This document shows, piece by piece, positions 48,665-57,777 of a stretch of 64,000 nucleotides of DNA. Both the position numbers and the translations under genes were made by a program. Location: IMG/VR virus record IMGVR_UViG_3300009103_000026, positions 1,472 through 65,471 of that record. The stretch is one strand, 5' to 3'. Positions within the stretch are counted from its first letter, which is position 1; each line of letters opens with the position of its first letter. The stretch comes from a virus (taxonomy: Duplodnaviria > Caudoviricetes). Under the pieces are notes generated by a model. That model saw nothing but the letters and a program-made list of their open reading frames with translations, did no database searches and was not told the DNA's origin.

Positions 48665-49478
48665 TAGGCTCTAAATGCCGAAAGAACGAATAGTCTTTAT
48701 CAACAAGTCTCTGAAGCAGTTCTAGTCTGTAGCTTGCTGGCCTTGACCCATTCGCATGTATAAAATAGCAGTCTTCTATCTTAGACCAAAAATCAAAGTC
48801 TATAAATTCTAAATTATATTTCCAGTTTAGTATATCAAACTCATTGTCTTCCAAGTTTATTAATAGATAGTTTTGATCAAAACACCATCTTTTAGGATAC
48901 GGCAATTTTGGCTGATGGTATCTATGAGAAAGCTTTTTAGGTATAAGCATTACACCACCATTAGGCTGTATGCTTCTATTATTTTTTTGTAGATTTGGAT
49001 ATTGCTCTAGTATTTCTTTTCGTTCTCTTTTGATGCTTTCAAATATTAAATTATAAGACTGTTTAATAATGTCCCACTCATCGACAAACGATATCCTTTC
49101 CTTGCCGAGTGTTTTAAATACATCTGGGGTATTATCCTTAACTACAATATCACAGTCTAAGTATAGTGTATTTTCATACTTTTCTGTTACTTGTGATACC
49201 CTGTACTTATTTGACATGGGCCATTCGGGTGATTGGTCTCCGGACAACTCTATATAATCTGCCCCACATCTATCCGCATAATTTAAGATGTTTCTTCTGG
49301 TGACATTCAGTTGTTCCATAGCAATTTTATTAGCTGGAATTGTACATATAGCTATGTCTGATTTTTGTCTTGGTAAATCGTCTTGGAATACTGTCGGTAT
49401 AACTAAATCTGTGGGAAGAGGAGGAGGGGGATACCCTCCCCACTTAGACCACCCACCATCCTTTACATCATGTCTCAT
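48606..49478 (-). CDS. Glycosyltransferase (GT-A, GT8/GT34-like)
   Basis: YADRCGADY, YENTLYLDCDIVV (DxD), PDVF, NGGVML, DQNYL, FIHANG. Likely start ATG 49478, just after the fibre gene stop. Confidence 0.8.
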   Translation of the reverse strand: MRHDVKDGGWSKWGGYPPPPLPTDLVIPTVFQDDLPRQKSDIAICTIPANKIAMEQLNVTRRNILNYADRCGADYIELSGDQSPEWPMSNKYRVSQVTEKYENTLYLDCDIVVKDNTPDVFKTLGKERISFVDEWDIIKQSYNLIFESIKRERKEILEQYPNLQKNNRSIQPNGGVMLIPKKLSHRYHQPKLPYPKRWCFDQNYLLINLEDNEFDILNWKYNLEFIDFDFWSKIEDCYFIHANGSRPASYRLELLQRLVDKDYSFFRHLEPNENEYGRERFRPIWRKNAD

Positions 49479-49482
49479 AATA

Positions 49483-52050
49483 TTAACAAGAGAGATTTTT
49501 TCCGATAGTAAATCCTTCAAATGTTGGTCCTGAGGCATCCACAACCAAGAACCCAAATACATCTACTCTATTTGCATCGGGAGTTAAGGTTGGCACAGCA
49601 TCATTAGGCCAACAAACCGTATCAAACCAAGTAACAGTTCTATCTCCAGTCCCGTCTTGCAGCAACCTAACAAGAAATCTTTGGCCGTTGCTAGGGCCGG
49701 TAATACCAAGAGCTACCGGACTCCCTGTTAGAAGAACACTGTGAACATTGGTCTCATTTAAGTTTATAGAATCTCCAGTTCCTGAAACAGCGAAAGAAGC
49801 ATCAATATTAACTTTTGTCGGTAAATCCAAAGTAACAGTATCAGTTGCGCTAACAACACTTTCAACCCCATAAGCAGTCCCCGTTACTTTAAGAGTATTT
49901 CCATCCTCAATAGTCTGCGTGTTTGATCCGTCAGACAGAGTAAAGTTACTCATTTTAGTAGCATCGGGAGCACCGCTGATTACAACTGTCTGGAAATCTG
50001 CGCCAGAAAGTGATACAGATGTTGTGCCCTGCCCAGTAAAGACTACATAGTCTGTAGTGTCAACTTGACCACTGGCGGGAACGCTAGGCTCGTCAATATC
50101 AACCCCCGAAACAAACCAATGACTATAGCTTCCTCCTCCGCCACCACCAATTTCATCCTCAAGATCTTCTATGGTAACGTATTTCCAACTGCTGGCATCT
50201 TCATCCCAAATAAGCATCCGGTCAGCATCTACTATAGTACCTTCGTTAATGGTCGTGCCATTTGCAGGATCATCTAATGTAAAGGTACTCCCTCCCAATA
50301 GAAGGCCGTTGCCTGCGTTATATTCCATGCCGCTACCACTAATTACAACCTTGTGAGGCGGGCCTGCCTCAACAGCTACCTCAATACCACCAGACCCACT
50401 AAACTGAAGATTTTCAAGACTTGAAACTGCTTGGTTGTCTCCTCCGGCACCAACGGTCCAATAGTTATATTTATCAAAGCTTGAGGTCCCCCAGTCATAA
50501 ACGGCATTTGGAGTGACAGCCTTAGTAGTAACACCGTTAGTAACTGCATCTAGCAATTCAGTGATTCCACTTTGACCGGTGGTAGCGAGATAGTTATTGA
50601 ATTCCTGTCCATCTAAAAGTAAGCCGGTTCCAGCAGTATATGCAGGACGCCAAGTATTCACTGTCGTCTCTGTTGCTGTCTCAATTCCGTGAACATGACC
50701 ATACGCATCAAGAGTTATATCTTGTATGTAAGTTCTACCGGAATTATTAGAAGTCGATGCTCCTGTTGAAGCATGCCCAATATTAAAGACTGTAGAAGAC
50801 TTAGAAGACGAAAGACCGCTAGTAGCAGTTAGCGTTCGCTCATCACTTAAATCATCCGATGCTTCCCACGTTATATATGGACCATCAGCAGGGGCTGGGG
50901 CAAGAGCATCGATAGAAGTTTGAAGATTTCCCGACACATCGTAAAGAGCATTCGGTGTGACAGCTATACCAGCTACATATCCGTCGCTTCCAGAGTCTTG
51001 TAATTTGACTATCCCAGTCGGATAAGCACCACCAGTATCTGCTATATGAATATTAAAGGTAGTAGCAGGGTCAAAACTTAAACCAGTACCAGCATAATAG
51101 GCAGAACCGCCGCCGGGTACACCTGTACAGCCAGTATAGGCAACAATCTGCACCTGACCATCTGGGTATCGAACCCCGCCTCTAAAGTTACCAGTTCCAT
51201 GAACATCAAGAGTATAATCAGCGGTACCTGAGCCAATACCAATTTGCCCCTTAGAAGCATCCGCTCTAAAATAAACATCAGAAGAATTGTCATTAATGAC
51301 AAAGTCAGCATTGCTAGCTTCGTGATTGATCGTGACTTGATGGGGAGCACTGCCCTTTTTATGTAACCCAAGCAGATTAAGTCCGCCAACAGTAAATCTT
51401 ATTCTATCGTCGGTAAATCGTATAGATGTGTTGTCGTCACCATTATGATAGAGATATTCGTCAAATCCGGCATTCCCCGCAACGTCAAGAGTATAAGTCG
51501 GTGGATACGTACCAATACCAAGCTCGTCAAAATAGCCAGTGCCAGAAGTATTGAACCCGGTACCATCTACTAAGGTGAGTCCGGTGCCAGCGTAATAGGT
51601 AGAACCTCCACCGCCGCCGCCCGTTACATCAACACTATCCCAGAAAAGAGTCCCACCGACATTGTAAAGTCTATTAGAAGTATCTTCTGGTGCGGAGCCG
51701 GTTCGGATAGGTACGAAGTCTCCAGACTCATAATATACTGAGCCTGTTGCTGGGTAGGTACAAAAGGCGTCTTTGACCCCCGCTGAAAAATTTACAAGGG
51801 CATTATTATTAGAGCTTTGATATACCTGATTTCTTATTAAATTAGCACCACTGACAGTGCCAAAGCCAACCTCCCACTCTTCATAAGTGTTTATCTCTTG
51901 GTGGACAATTGTATAATGACAAGTATTTCCACTGCCGATACCACCAGTAAAACTCTGAAATCCAGAGGCGGCACCACCTAAAGATATATTGCCATCACCT
52001 GCTGTGGAGGTTGTTTCTTTTACCCGGTCATTCAAGTTGAACATGCCCAC
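49483..52050 (-). CDS. Fibre protein (head or tail fibre), G/S/T-rich
   Basis: DRVKETTSTAG N-terminus, YxAGTGL repeats, AVTPNA(L/V)YD fibre repeats, and C-terminal QDGTGDRTVTW...W...PTLT...VDVFGF receptor-binding-type domain. Confidence 0.75.
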   Translation of the reverse strand: MGMFNLNDRVKETTSTAGDGNISLGGAASGFQSFTGGIGSGNTCHYTIVHQEINTYEEWEVGFGTVSGANLIRNQVYQSSNNNALVNFSAGVKDAFCTYPATGSVYYESGDFVPIRTGSAPEDTSNRLYNVGGTLFWDSVDVTGGGGGGSTYYAGTGLTLVDGTGFNTSGTGYFDELGIGTYPPTYTLDVAGNAGFDEYLYHNGDDNTSIRFTDDRIRFTVGGLNLLGLHKKGSAPHQVTINHEASNADFVINDNSSDVYFRADASKGQIGIGSGTADYTLDVHGTGNFRGGVRYPDGQVQIVAYTGCTGVPGGGSAYYAGTGLSFDPATTFNIHIADTGGAYPTGIVKLQDSGSDGYVAGIAVTPNALYDVSGNLQTSIDALAPAPADGPYITWEASDDLSDERTLTATSGLSSSKSSTVFNIGHASTGASTSNNSGRTYIQDITLDAYGHVHGIETATETTVNTWRPAYTAGTGLLLDGQEFNNYLATTGQSGITELLDAVTNGVTTKAVTPNAVYDWGTSSFDKYNYWTVGAGGDNQAVSSLENLQFSGSGGIEVAVEAGPPHKVVISGSGMEYNAGNGLLLGGSTFTLDDPANGTTINEGTIVDADRMLIWDEDASSWKYVTIEDLEDEIGGGGGGSYSHWFVSGVDIDEPSVPASGQVDTTDYVVFTGQGTTSVSLSGADFQTVVISGAPDATKMSNFTLSDGSNTQTIEDGNTLKVTGTAYGVESVVSATDTVTLDLPTKVNIDASFAVSGTGDSINLNETNVHSVLLTGSPVALGITGPSNGQRFLVRLLQDGTGDRTVTWFDTVCWPNDAVPTLTPDANRVDVFGFLVVDASGPTFEGFTIGKNLSC

Positions 52051-52065
52051 ACTCTCCCTATTGAT

Positions 52066-52075
52066 AAATTACACA
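52066..52075 (-). promoter_or_regulatory. Variant late promoter motif TGTGTAATTT
   Basis: Directly after the capsid terminator and upstream of the fibre gene RBS (GGGAG). Confidence 0.4.
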
Positions 52076-52117
52076 AAAAAAAGGGAGCGGCAACAGCAAG
52101 CTGCCGCCAACTCCCTT
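52075..52117 (-). terminator. Intrinsic terminator after the major capsid gene
   Basis: AAGGGAG..CGGCAGC...GUUGCCG CUCCCUU hairpin followed by a U tract. Confidence 0.8.
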
Positions 52118-52134
52118 ATTTTTAATACTGTAGA

Positions 52135-53139
52135 TTACAATGATCCAAGTATAACTCGTCGATTATCAAGAACTGCAAATCCTTGTTCTGCCCATCCATA
52201 AAGGCCAGCACGTTTTTGACGATGAAGATTGTCGTCTTCAAAGACCTGAACTTGCTCACGCATCGGCATAACAAACGAATCTCGTCTACTGAGATCCAGA
52301 CCCACAACACTTTCTACATCCGTTCCGGGCAGAGCACCGCTAAGTTCGGAACTATAGAACAGTTGATATTCTTGACCTTGTCCTAGTTCGTCTAGGTCGT
52401 GAAGATTGACGCTAAAGATTCGGTTAATAGCACCGTCTTCGGCCACGTAAATTTCTCTACGCGTAACTTCATCAACTTGGTCAACGCCCCAGTTGCGAAT
52501 ATCTTCCATGGCTTCTGGACTAACATATAGGTCAGTCAATCGACCACGGTTAAGGGAGGTTGAGTTACCGCCGCCATTACGACGCATAACGGTTTTCAGC
52601 AAGCTAACCAATCTCTTGGTAAACTGACCAGCATTCGCATCACTGTCATAAACAACAATGTTACGATCAACGCCAGCACTAAGGATAGTGTGCCAACCGT
52701 CGTCACTCAACTTCTTGGTAAATTGGGCTTCCATGACTTCCATGGCACGACCCACAACATCCCAGCGGGCGTCACGAGCATACTTCAGGAGCCAATCAAT
52801 CGAGGCACCAATGTCATACGTCGGAACGATTACGTAATCGCCTTCGACGTGTCTTTCCGGAATCCGGCCATGATTAGGAATCGTGTAAGCCACGAAGTCC
52901 CGTTCCGTTCCCGGAGCGATGAAATCTAGAGGAAATTCAGTAGAGGCACCCGGAGCCATTTGAATAGCTTCGAATATATTACCAAGAATATCTCCAGACA
53001 ATAAACCTTGTCGCAAAGGAAGCTCAAGAGCTTTTGCAAGCTCAGCAGTTGCGGCCAGAGCCACTTCCTTTCGCGGTGAACCAGAGTCTTTAAGAAGCTG
53101 GTCCATTTCAGGCGTAGGAGTAAAAACTTTATCAGCCAT
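52135..53139 (-). CDS. Major capsid protein (HK97 fold)
   Basis: 334 aa following protease and decoration genes. LAKALELPLRQG, LYVSPEAMEDIR, GLYGWAEQGFAVLDNRRV. Strong RBS, host-like codon usage and a downstream terminator. Confidence 0.85.
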   Translation of the reverse strand: MADKVFTPTPEMDQLLKDSGSPRKEVALAATAELAKALELPLRQGLLSGDILGNIFEAIQMAPGASTEFPLDFIAPGTERDFVAYTIPNHGRIPERHVEGDYVIVPTYDIGASIDWLLKYARDARWDVVGRAMEVMEAQFTKKLSDDGWHTILSAGVDRNIVVYDSDANAGQFTKRLVSLLKTVMRRNGGGNSTSLNRGRLTDLYVSPEAMEDIRNWGVDQVDEVTRREIYVAEDGAINRIFSVNLHDLDELGQGQEYQLFYSSELSGALPGTDVESVVGLDLSRRDSFVMPMREQVQVFEDDNLHRQKRAGLYGWAEQGFAVLDNRRVILGSL

Positions 53140-53156
53140 TTTATTGCTTCCTTTCT

Positions 53157-53630
53157 TTATACTATGTTAACCCAGACTTTGACGTATCCGTCAGCGTCTT
53201 TCGTACTAAGAAATCTTCCAACCTGATCCGAAGTCGTGCCAGTGGTAAATTTACCATCTGTATCGAAATGTGCAACGTCTCCGGCCAAGATTGTAGACGA
53301 ATCAACTTGATCAGTTACAACCCAACCCTGTCTCATCAACAATACCTTACCACCCAGCTGGACTTCGTCCTGATGCTGGTTAAGGTGCTGTCTGGTAAGA
53401 TCAATATCAACTACATCATTTAGAAGCAATCCAGCCGGTTCAGCTGTGTCGCCAGCTACAGACCCGCCGGGAACAGCTACAATAGCTTCCGCCTGATCCA
53501 TACCTATGCCAGAGCCGCCGGACTGAGCCGAGCCGTTGCCATGAACAACGATGATTCCGCGTTCCATAGCCTCATTCCCAAAGAATGAGTTATCGGTAAG
53601 CGCTTCATATCGGTCACCTTTAAGAGCCAT
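53157..53630 (-). CDS. Head decoration / capsid cement protein
   Basis: Between scaffold and capsid genes. PAGLLLNDVV...GWVVTD...VGRFLSTKDADGYVKV. Confidence 0.7.
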   Translation of the reverse strand: MALKGDRYEALTDNSFFGNEAMERGIIVVHGNGSAQSGGSGIGMDQAEAIVAVPGGSVAGDTAEPAGLLLNDVVDIDLTRQHLNQHQDEVQLGGKVLLMRQGWVVTDQVDSSTILAGDVAHFDTDGKFTTGTTSDQVGRFLSTKDADGYVKVWVNIV

Positions 53631-53658
53631 ATTATGTCTCCTTCACATATAAAAAAGT

Positions 53659-55209
53659 TTAAACTTTTAAGTACTTGTTAGAAATGAACTCGGTCAAAGC
53701 CGAACGAGCATGCCCAATTTCGTCTGATTCAGAAGAGGCAGATAAATCAGGTTGCTTGTCAGCTTCAACATCATCAAGATCAGCGGCTTCGGCTTCTGCC
53801 TCGGCTTCATCTTCAGTTGTATCTTCTGACTTAGCATCTTTCTTTTTCTTCTTCTTCTCATCATCTTCCTCTTCATCATCCTTCTTCTTAAAGTCAGGAA
53901 AAGCTGCCTCAACGTCCTCTTCAGAAGTTTCGGCCTCAAAAGCAGACTTGGTAATTTGGACAATAGCTTCAAATTGCTCATCATTGAGATCGGCAAATTT
54001 GGCTACCGTGTCTGTCGCCTTGTCTTCATCTAGCCCTGCTTCCACCAAAATAGAGATACGGCTCTCTGTTCGCATCTTTTCTTTGATTTCCGAAAGCTCA
54101 GAATCAACGGCAGACTTAGCCTCTTCAATTTCTTGAATCTTGGCTTCAAGACCTTCAACGGTCTCTTTATTTTCACCAATTTTAGAGTTCAAATCAGCAA
54201 TAGTTTGTGTGTCAGCTTCTACATTCGCTTCTAGTGCAGCAATGGTATCTTCGTATTGCTTGGCACCAGCATCGACCAATTTTTTCTCAAGCTGACTATT
54301 GGTCTCTATAAGAGTGTCCACCTCGGCCTTTAGGCTTTGTATCTGGTTCTTATAAGCTTCCATATTCACTTCAGACATTAGTATCTCCTCTTTATTACTA
54401 TTGTGTACTGCTGCTGCGCAGGTAGGGAGCAATAACTTTGCACTACTATTCTTCGGAGCAACGAACGGTTGATACTTGTTAAAAATAATACTAGAAAGAT
54501 TGGCTGGTCTGTCAACCAAACCCTTTCCACAAAACGCAATATCTCTCAATAAACGACCCACCCTGTAATCTTCATATACACCATCCCCCCCATAAGACCG
54601 TAAATGTTTGGTTAAAAAGGAACTTTCCTCATTCCTAGCTATGATGTGGCTCCCTCCGTCAGGGGTCATGATCGCGTAATCAAATCCCCTAAACAGGCAT
54701 TCCATAGATACAAACTTACTGCCAGACTCTATCTCCTTTATTAAGGATTCTGTTCTGCCCAGAAGTTCGGGGTCTGTCCAGTTTTTGTAGATAACCGCGC
54801 TAGTAACAATATGATATGTGTCTGGTAGTTCTTCGGCAGACAGGTCATTTGAGATAACGCTATGATTTTCGTGCACGGGCCAGTTTGCCGTAATATGCCC
54901 AATTATCTGCTTTTCGTCGTGTTCTAAATTAAAGGGCTTGTGTTCTGGGGTGTTTCTAGCGGCCCACACTTCTTCTTTATTAAACACATCGTCATTCTTA
55001 TTCCAGCAGGTGGTAACTAAAATAGAATCGAGATAGTAAAGATCCTCTTGTTCGTTTGCTGAGGCCTCAGACTTATCTAAGTTTTGATAAATAAAATCTT
55101 TTCTTTTTTGACTTTCGGCAGGCTTGAGTTCTGCGACATAAGCAAGAGAATTTCTTTGAGAAATTACGTCGCTTAGACCGTCAGCCATTTCTTGTTGAAA
55201 TATTTTCAT
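53659..55209 (-). CDS. Prohead protease fused to a coiled-coil scaffold
   Basis: NKNDDVF, NLEHD..IIGHI, VSMECLF and GLVDRPAN protease motifs. Acidic coiled-coil C-terminal half. Confidence 0.8.
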   Translation of the reverse strand: MKIFQQEMADGLSDVISQRNSLAYVAELKPAESQKRKDFIYQNLDKSEASANEQEDLYYLDSILVTTCWNKNDDVFNKEEVWAARNTPEHKPFNLEHDEKQIIGHITANWPVHENHSVISNDLSAEELPDTYHIVTSAVIYKNWTDPELLGRTESLIKEIESGSKFVSMECLFRGFDYAIMTPDGGSHIIARNEESSFLTKHLRSYGGDGVYEDYRVGRLLRDIAFCGKGLVDRPANLSSIIFNKYQPFVAPKNSSAKLLLPTCAAAVHNSNKEEILMSEVNMEAYKNQIQSLKAEVDTLIETNSQLEKKLVDAGAKQYEDTIAALEANVEADTQTIADLNSKIGENKETVEGLEAKIQEIEEAKSAVDSELSEIKEKMRTESRISILVEAGLDEDKATDTVAKFADLNDEQFEAIVQITKSAFEAETSEEDVEAAFPDFKKKDDEEEDDEKKKKKKDAKSEDTTEDEAEAEAEAADLDDVEADKQPDLSASSESDEIGHARSALTEFISNKYLKV

Positions 55210-55235
55210 ATGATTTTTAGTGCCCTCATATATGT

Positions 55236-55266
55236 ATTATACGCCTCACTCAAAAAAATATACACC
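55236..55266 (-). promoter_or_regulatory. Tandem putative late promoters GGTGTATATT (55257-55266) and GGCGTATAAT (55236-55245)
   Basis: Two copies of the recurrent motif upstream of the protease-capsid block. Confidence 0.6.
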
Positions 55267-55293
55267 ATAAACTATAAAAATGGACGAATAATC

Positions 55294-55557
55294 TTACTCT
55301 ACGGTCTTTCTCCAACCAATCTTCCATAGTATGTTAGCAATGTCAGTTCCAATTCTTTCTATCCATTCTTCGTCTTTCCACCAGTCGGCAGCATGAAGCA
55401 ATTCATGTATGGTTACATCAAGCTCTTCTTTGGCAGGAAGATTTTTTCTCACTACTATCTCCTTTCCCTTACTATTAGGAGAGTCGCAGTATCCCTTGCA
55501 TTTTTTTAAATTACTAAATCTAAAATTCCATACCTTTCCTGCAATCTTTACTCGCAT
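55294..55557 (-). CDS. Small HExxH metallopeptidase-like protein
   Basis: GYCD...IVV...LDVTIHELLHA...EEW. Confidence 0.65.
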   Translation of the reverse strand: MRVKIAGKVWNFRFSNLKKCKGYCDSPNSKGKEIVVRKNLPAKEELDVTIHELLHAADWWKDEEWIERIGTDIANILWKIGWRKTVE

Positions 55558-55577
55558 AATATCCCCTCCAAAAAGAC

Positions 55578-57719
55578 CTATGAATTATAAACAGCATATA
55601 TATCAGCCTGCATATCTCTAGATTCTTCTAAAGATGACTGCCTTCCCATTTTACTTGAAAATTCTGACAACCAGTCTTTGTACGTGGCAGAAATTTCTGG
55701 CGGTAAGGGGGCCTGTAGAGCGTCATGTACTGTTTTTTCGTCTATGTTAGAAAATGCCCTCAGGTTACAAAGGACACCAAATCTTATTGTCTCGGCTTCG
55801 TTGGCCTGTTTACTACTTAGGCTTCTCATGTTCTTCTTTTTGTAGTGATCAAGAAGCATGGGATTTACAAAATTCGCAATTTTTGCCTGAGCTTCTTTTG
55901 CCCATAGTTTTACTACTGCTCCAGTCCTTGGGTTTACATGCTTTTGTTTTCTGGGCTTTGTGTCTTTTTGATTAGGAGGCCTGCCCTGTCCGGGTTGTCC
56001 GGGAGGACCGTCTTTTTCTGGACCCGGCTTAGGGGCTCTCATCTCTAGACTATTCTTTTCACCCTCTTTTCTTTCCTCTAATTCTAAACCTACCTCACTT
56101 GGGGTAACGATACCTGTTTGCAAAGCAATTTTCCTAAGGTTAGCATCATTATTTGCGTCATGGAATGGGCTAGCCTTATCTGGGGCCTTTCCGCCATCTC
56201 TATCTTTAAATTCACGAGAAATTCTAATTTTTTCCATATCAGGATGATCACCAAATTTTCTTTGTAATGTTTCATTGCTAACTAAATTTCTATCAGCTAG
56301 TTGTATTAATAGTTGCTTTTCTGAATCTTCATTAGATAATGTCATCCTATCAAATTCTACATTAGCAGGAAGTTTGAAATTCATTGCTTTTTGAACTATG
56401 GCAATTTCATTGTTCCAAAAAGAAAGCAGCATATTTCTTCCATATTCTAGTCTTTCTATCAAAGTTTTGAGAGACATAAAATTATTGGTAAGGCCCCCTC
56501 CTGCGGAACTAAGGCCAGTAAGACTTGGAGGAATGCCCAGTCCAGCATAAATAGAATTAAGGGTAGGCTCGTATTTTCCTTGACCTAAAAATTGATGGAC
56601 GGATGTTTTTGATTCTAGCAGTTCTATGTCTGGCCCCCAAACCAAATCCGTTGTTCCTCCGCCTACATTATTTTCTAATATATCAGCCAGCTTTGCGGCT
56701 GCGGCTGGGGTAGGAGCTATTCTATGTTCTAAATTTCCTAACTTAAAAATCCTAATATTTGATATTGCCCCATCTAAAGCAGCGGTGTCTGCCAATTTTA
56801 ATTTTTCAAGCAAAATAACATCGTCAAGAATAGCATAGATCATGGGGTCTGCCCATATCTGCCAATCATCTTTTTTATAATGAAAGACAAGTGTGTTTTC
56901 TGAGGGGAGAGGATAGGGTTTATTTGTTTTGGCTGCCTGTATAAGTTCGGGAGGCAGTTGAGAAATTATTTTTTTCTCCCCTTCTCCTTTGGGGGAATTG
57001 ATAGCTTTTCTTAAGCCCGGAGGAAGAAGAATGGCGTAATTCTTTTGACCAACAAAGTTGGAAAGCTCATTGCCTACCACCGTAATAGTAGCTGGATCTA
57101 AAAATATATATTTCCAAGGTATCTCTTTCCTTTTAGTTTTAAGAAATTCTATGTCAATTTCAGGAGCGGCAGACCCCTTATATAGATTGTTTGCATTTTT
57201 GCTAGAAATCTTTGCCGTTTGCCTTCGAACAACAAGGTTTCCGGTTCTATAAAGATTATTTAGAAATCTCTCAGACCTTTCTTTACCTCCAACTCTAATA
57301 AACCAATTTTTATAAAATTTTTCAATCTTTTTATTTGGGTGCGATAGCCTTATTCCCTGACAAGCAAAATCTCCCATCAGATCTATAATATTTCTTATTA
57401 GGCCAACTCTCTTGTATGCAGTATTGGCTGCATGGATTATTTCTTTGTGCTTCTCTGGTACTGTCTCACTAGGTCTGAAATAATCATAATCTGGCCTGCC
57501 CATTCCCGGTCGAGCAGATATGTTAGGTGCTACCAAATGAAACTGTTGTCTAAAGCCAGCATGGGATCTCTCCACCATTCTATACTCATCTAATGTTTTA
57601 CCAGAATCTTTAAAAGCTTGCCTTTTTTCCTCATCAGTTCCCCACGTAACGTAGGCTTGAGGATGCCGGTCTTTTGGATTCTTCATATTGTGAGCATTTT
57701 CGTATTTTTTAGCTGCCAT
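55578..57719 (-). CDS. Portal protein
   Basis: Follows the terminase. YKRVGLIRNIIDLMGDF, YRTGN, KYEPTLNSIYAGLGIP, LADRNLVSNETL. Likely ATG at 57719. Confidence 0.85.
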   Translation of the reverse strand: MAAKKYENAHNMKNPKDRHPQAYVTWGTDEEKRQAFKDSGKTLDEYRMVERSHAGFRQQFHLVAPNISARPGMGRPDYDYFRPSETVPEKHKEIIHAANTAYKRVGLIRNIIDLMGDFACQGIRLSHPNKKIEKFYKNWFIRVGGKERSERFLNNLYRTGNLVVRRQTAKISSKNANNLYKGSAAPEIDIEFLKTKRKEIPWKYIFLDPATITVVGNELSNFVGQKNYAILLPPGLRKAINSPKGEGEKKIISQLPPELIQAAKTNKPYPLPSENTLVFHYKKDDWQIWADPMIYAILDDVILLEKLKLADTAALDGAISNIRIFKLGNLEHRIAPTPAAAAKLADILENNVGGGTTDLVWGPDIELLESKTSVHQFLGQGKYEPTLNSIYAGLGIPPSLTGLSSAGGGLTNNFMSLKTLIERLEYGRNMLLSFWNNEIAIVQKAMNFKLPANVEFDRMTLSNEDSEKQLLIQLADRNLVSNETLQRKFGDHPDMEKIRISREFKDRDGGKAPDKASPFHDANNDANLRKIALQTGIVTPSEVGLELEERKEGEKNSLEMRAPKPGPEKDGPPGQPGQGRPPNQKDTKPRKQKHVNPRTGAVVKLWAKEAQAKIANFVNPMLLDHYKKKNMRSLSSKQANEAETIRFGVLCNLRAFSNIDEKTVHDALQAPLPPEISATYKDWLSEFSSKMGRQSSLEESRDMQADIYAVYNS

Positions 57720-57765
57720 GTTTTTTTCATCCAATAGGTATTATAAATGTATTACAGTACATATT

Positions 57766-57775
57766 ATTATACACC
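57766..57775 (-). promoter_or_regulatory. Putative late promoter motif GGTGTATAAT
   Basis: Intergenic between terminase and portal. Confidence 0.6.
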
Positions 57776-57777
57776 AG

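Noticed and set aside
53825-53895. TTC/TCA microsatellite-like tract
   Set aside because: Simply encodes the Lys/Glu/Asp low-complexity segment of the scaffold.
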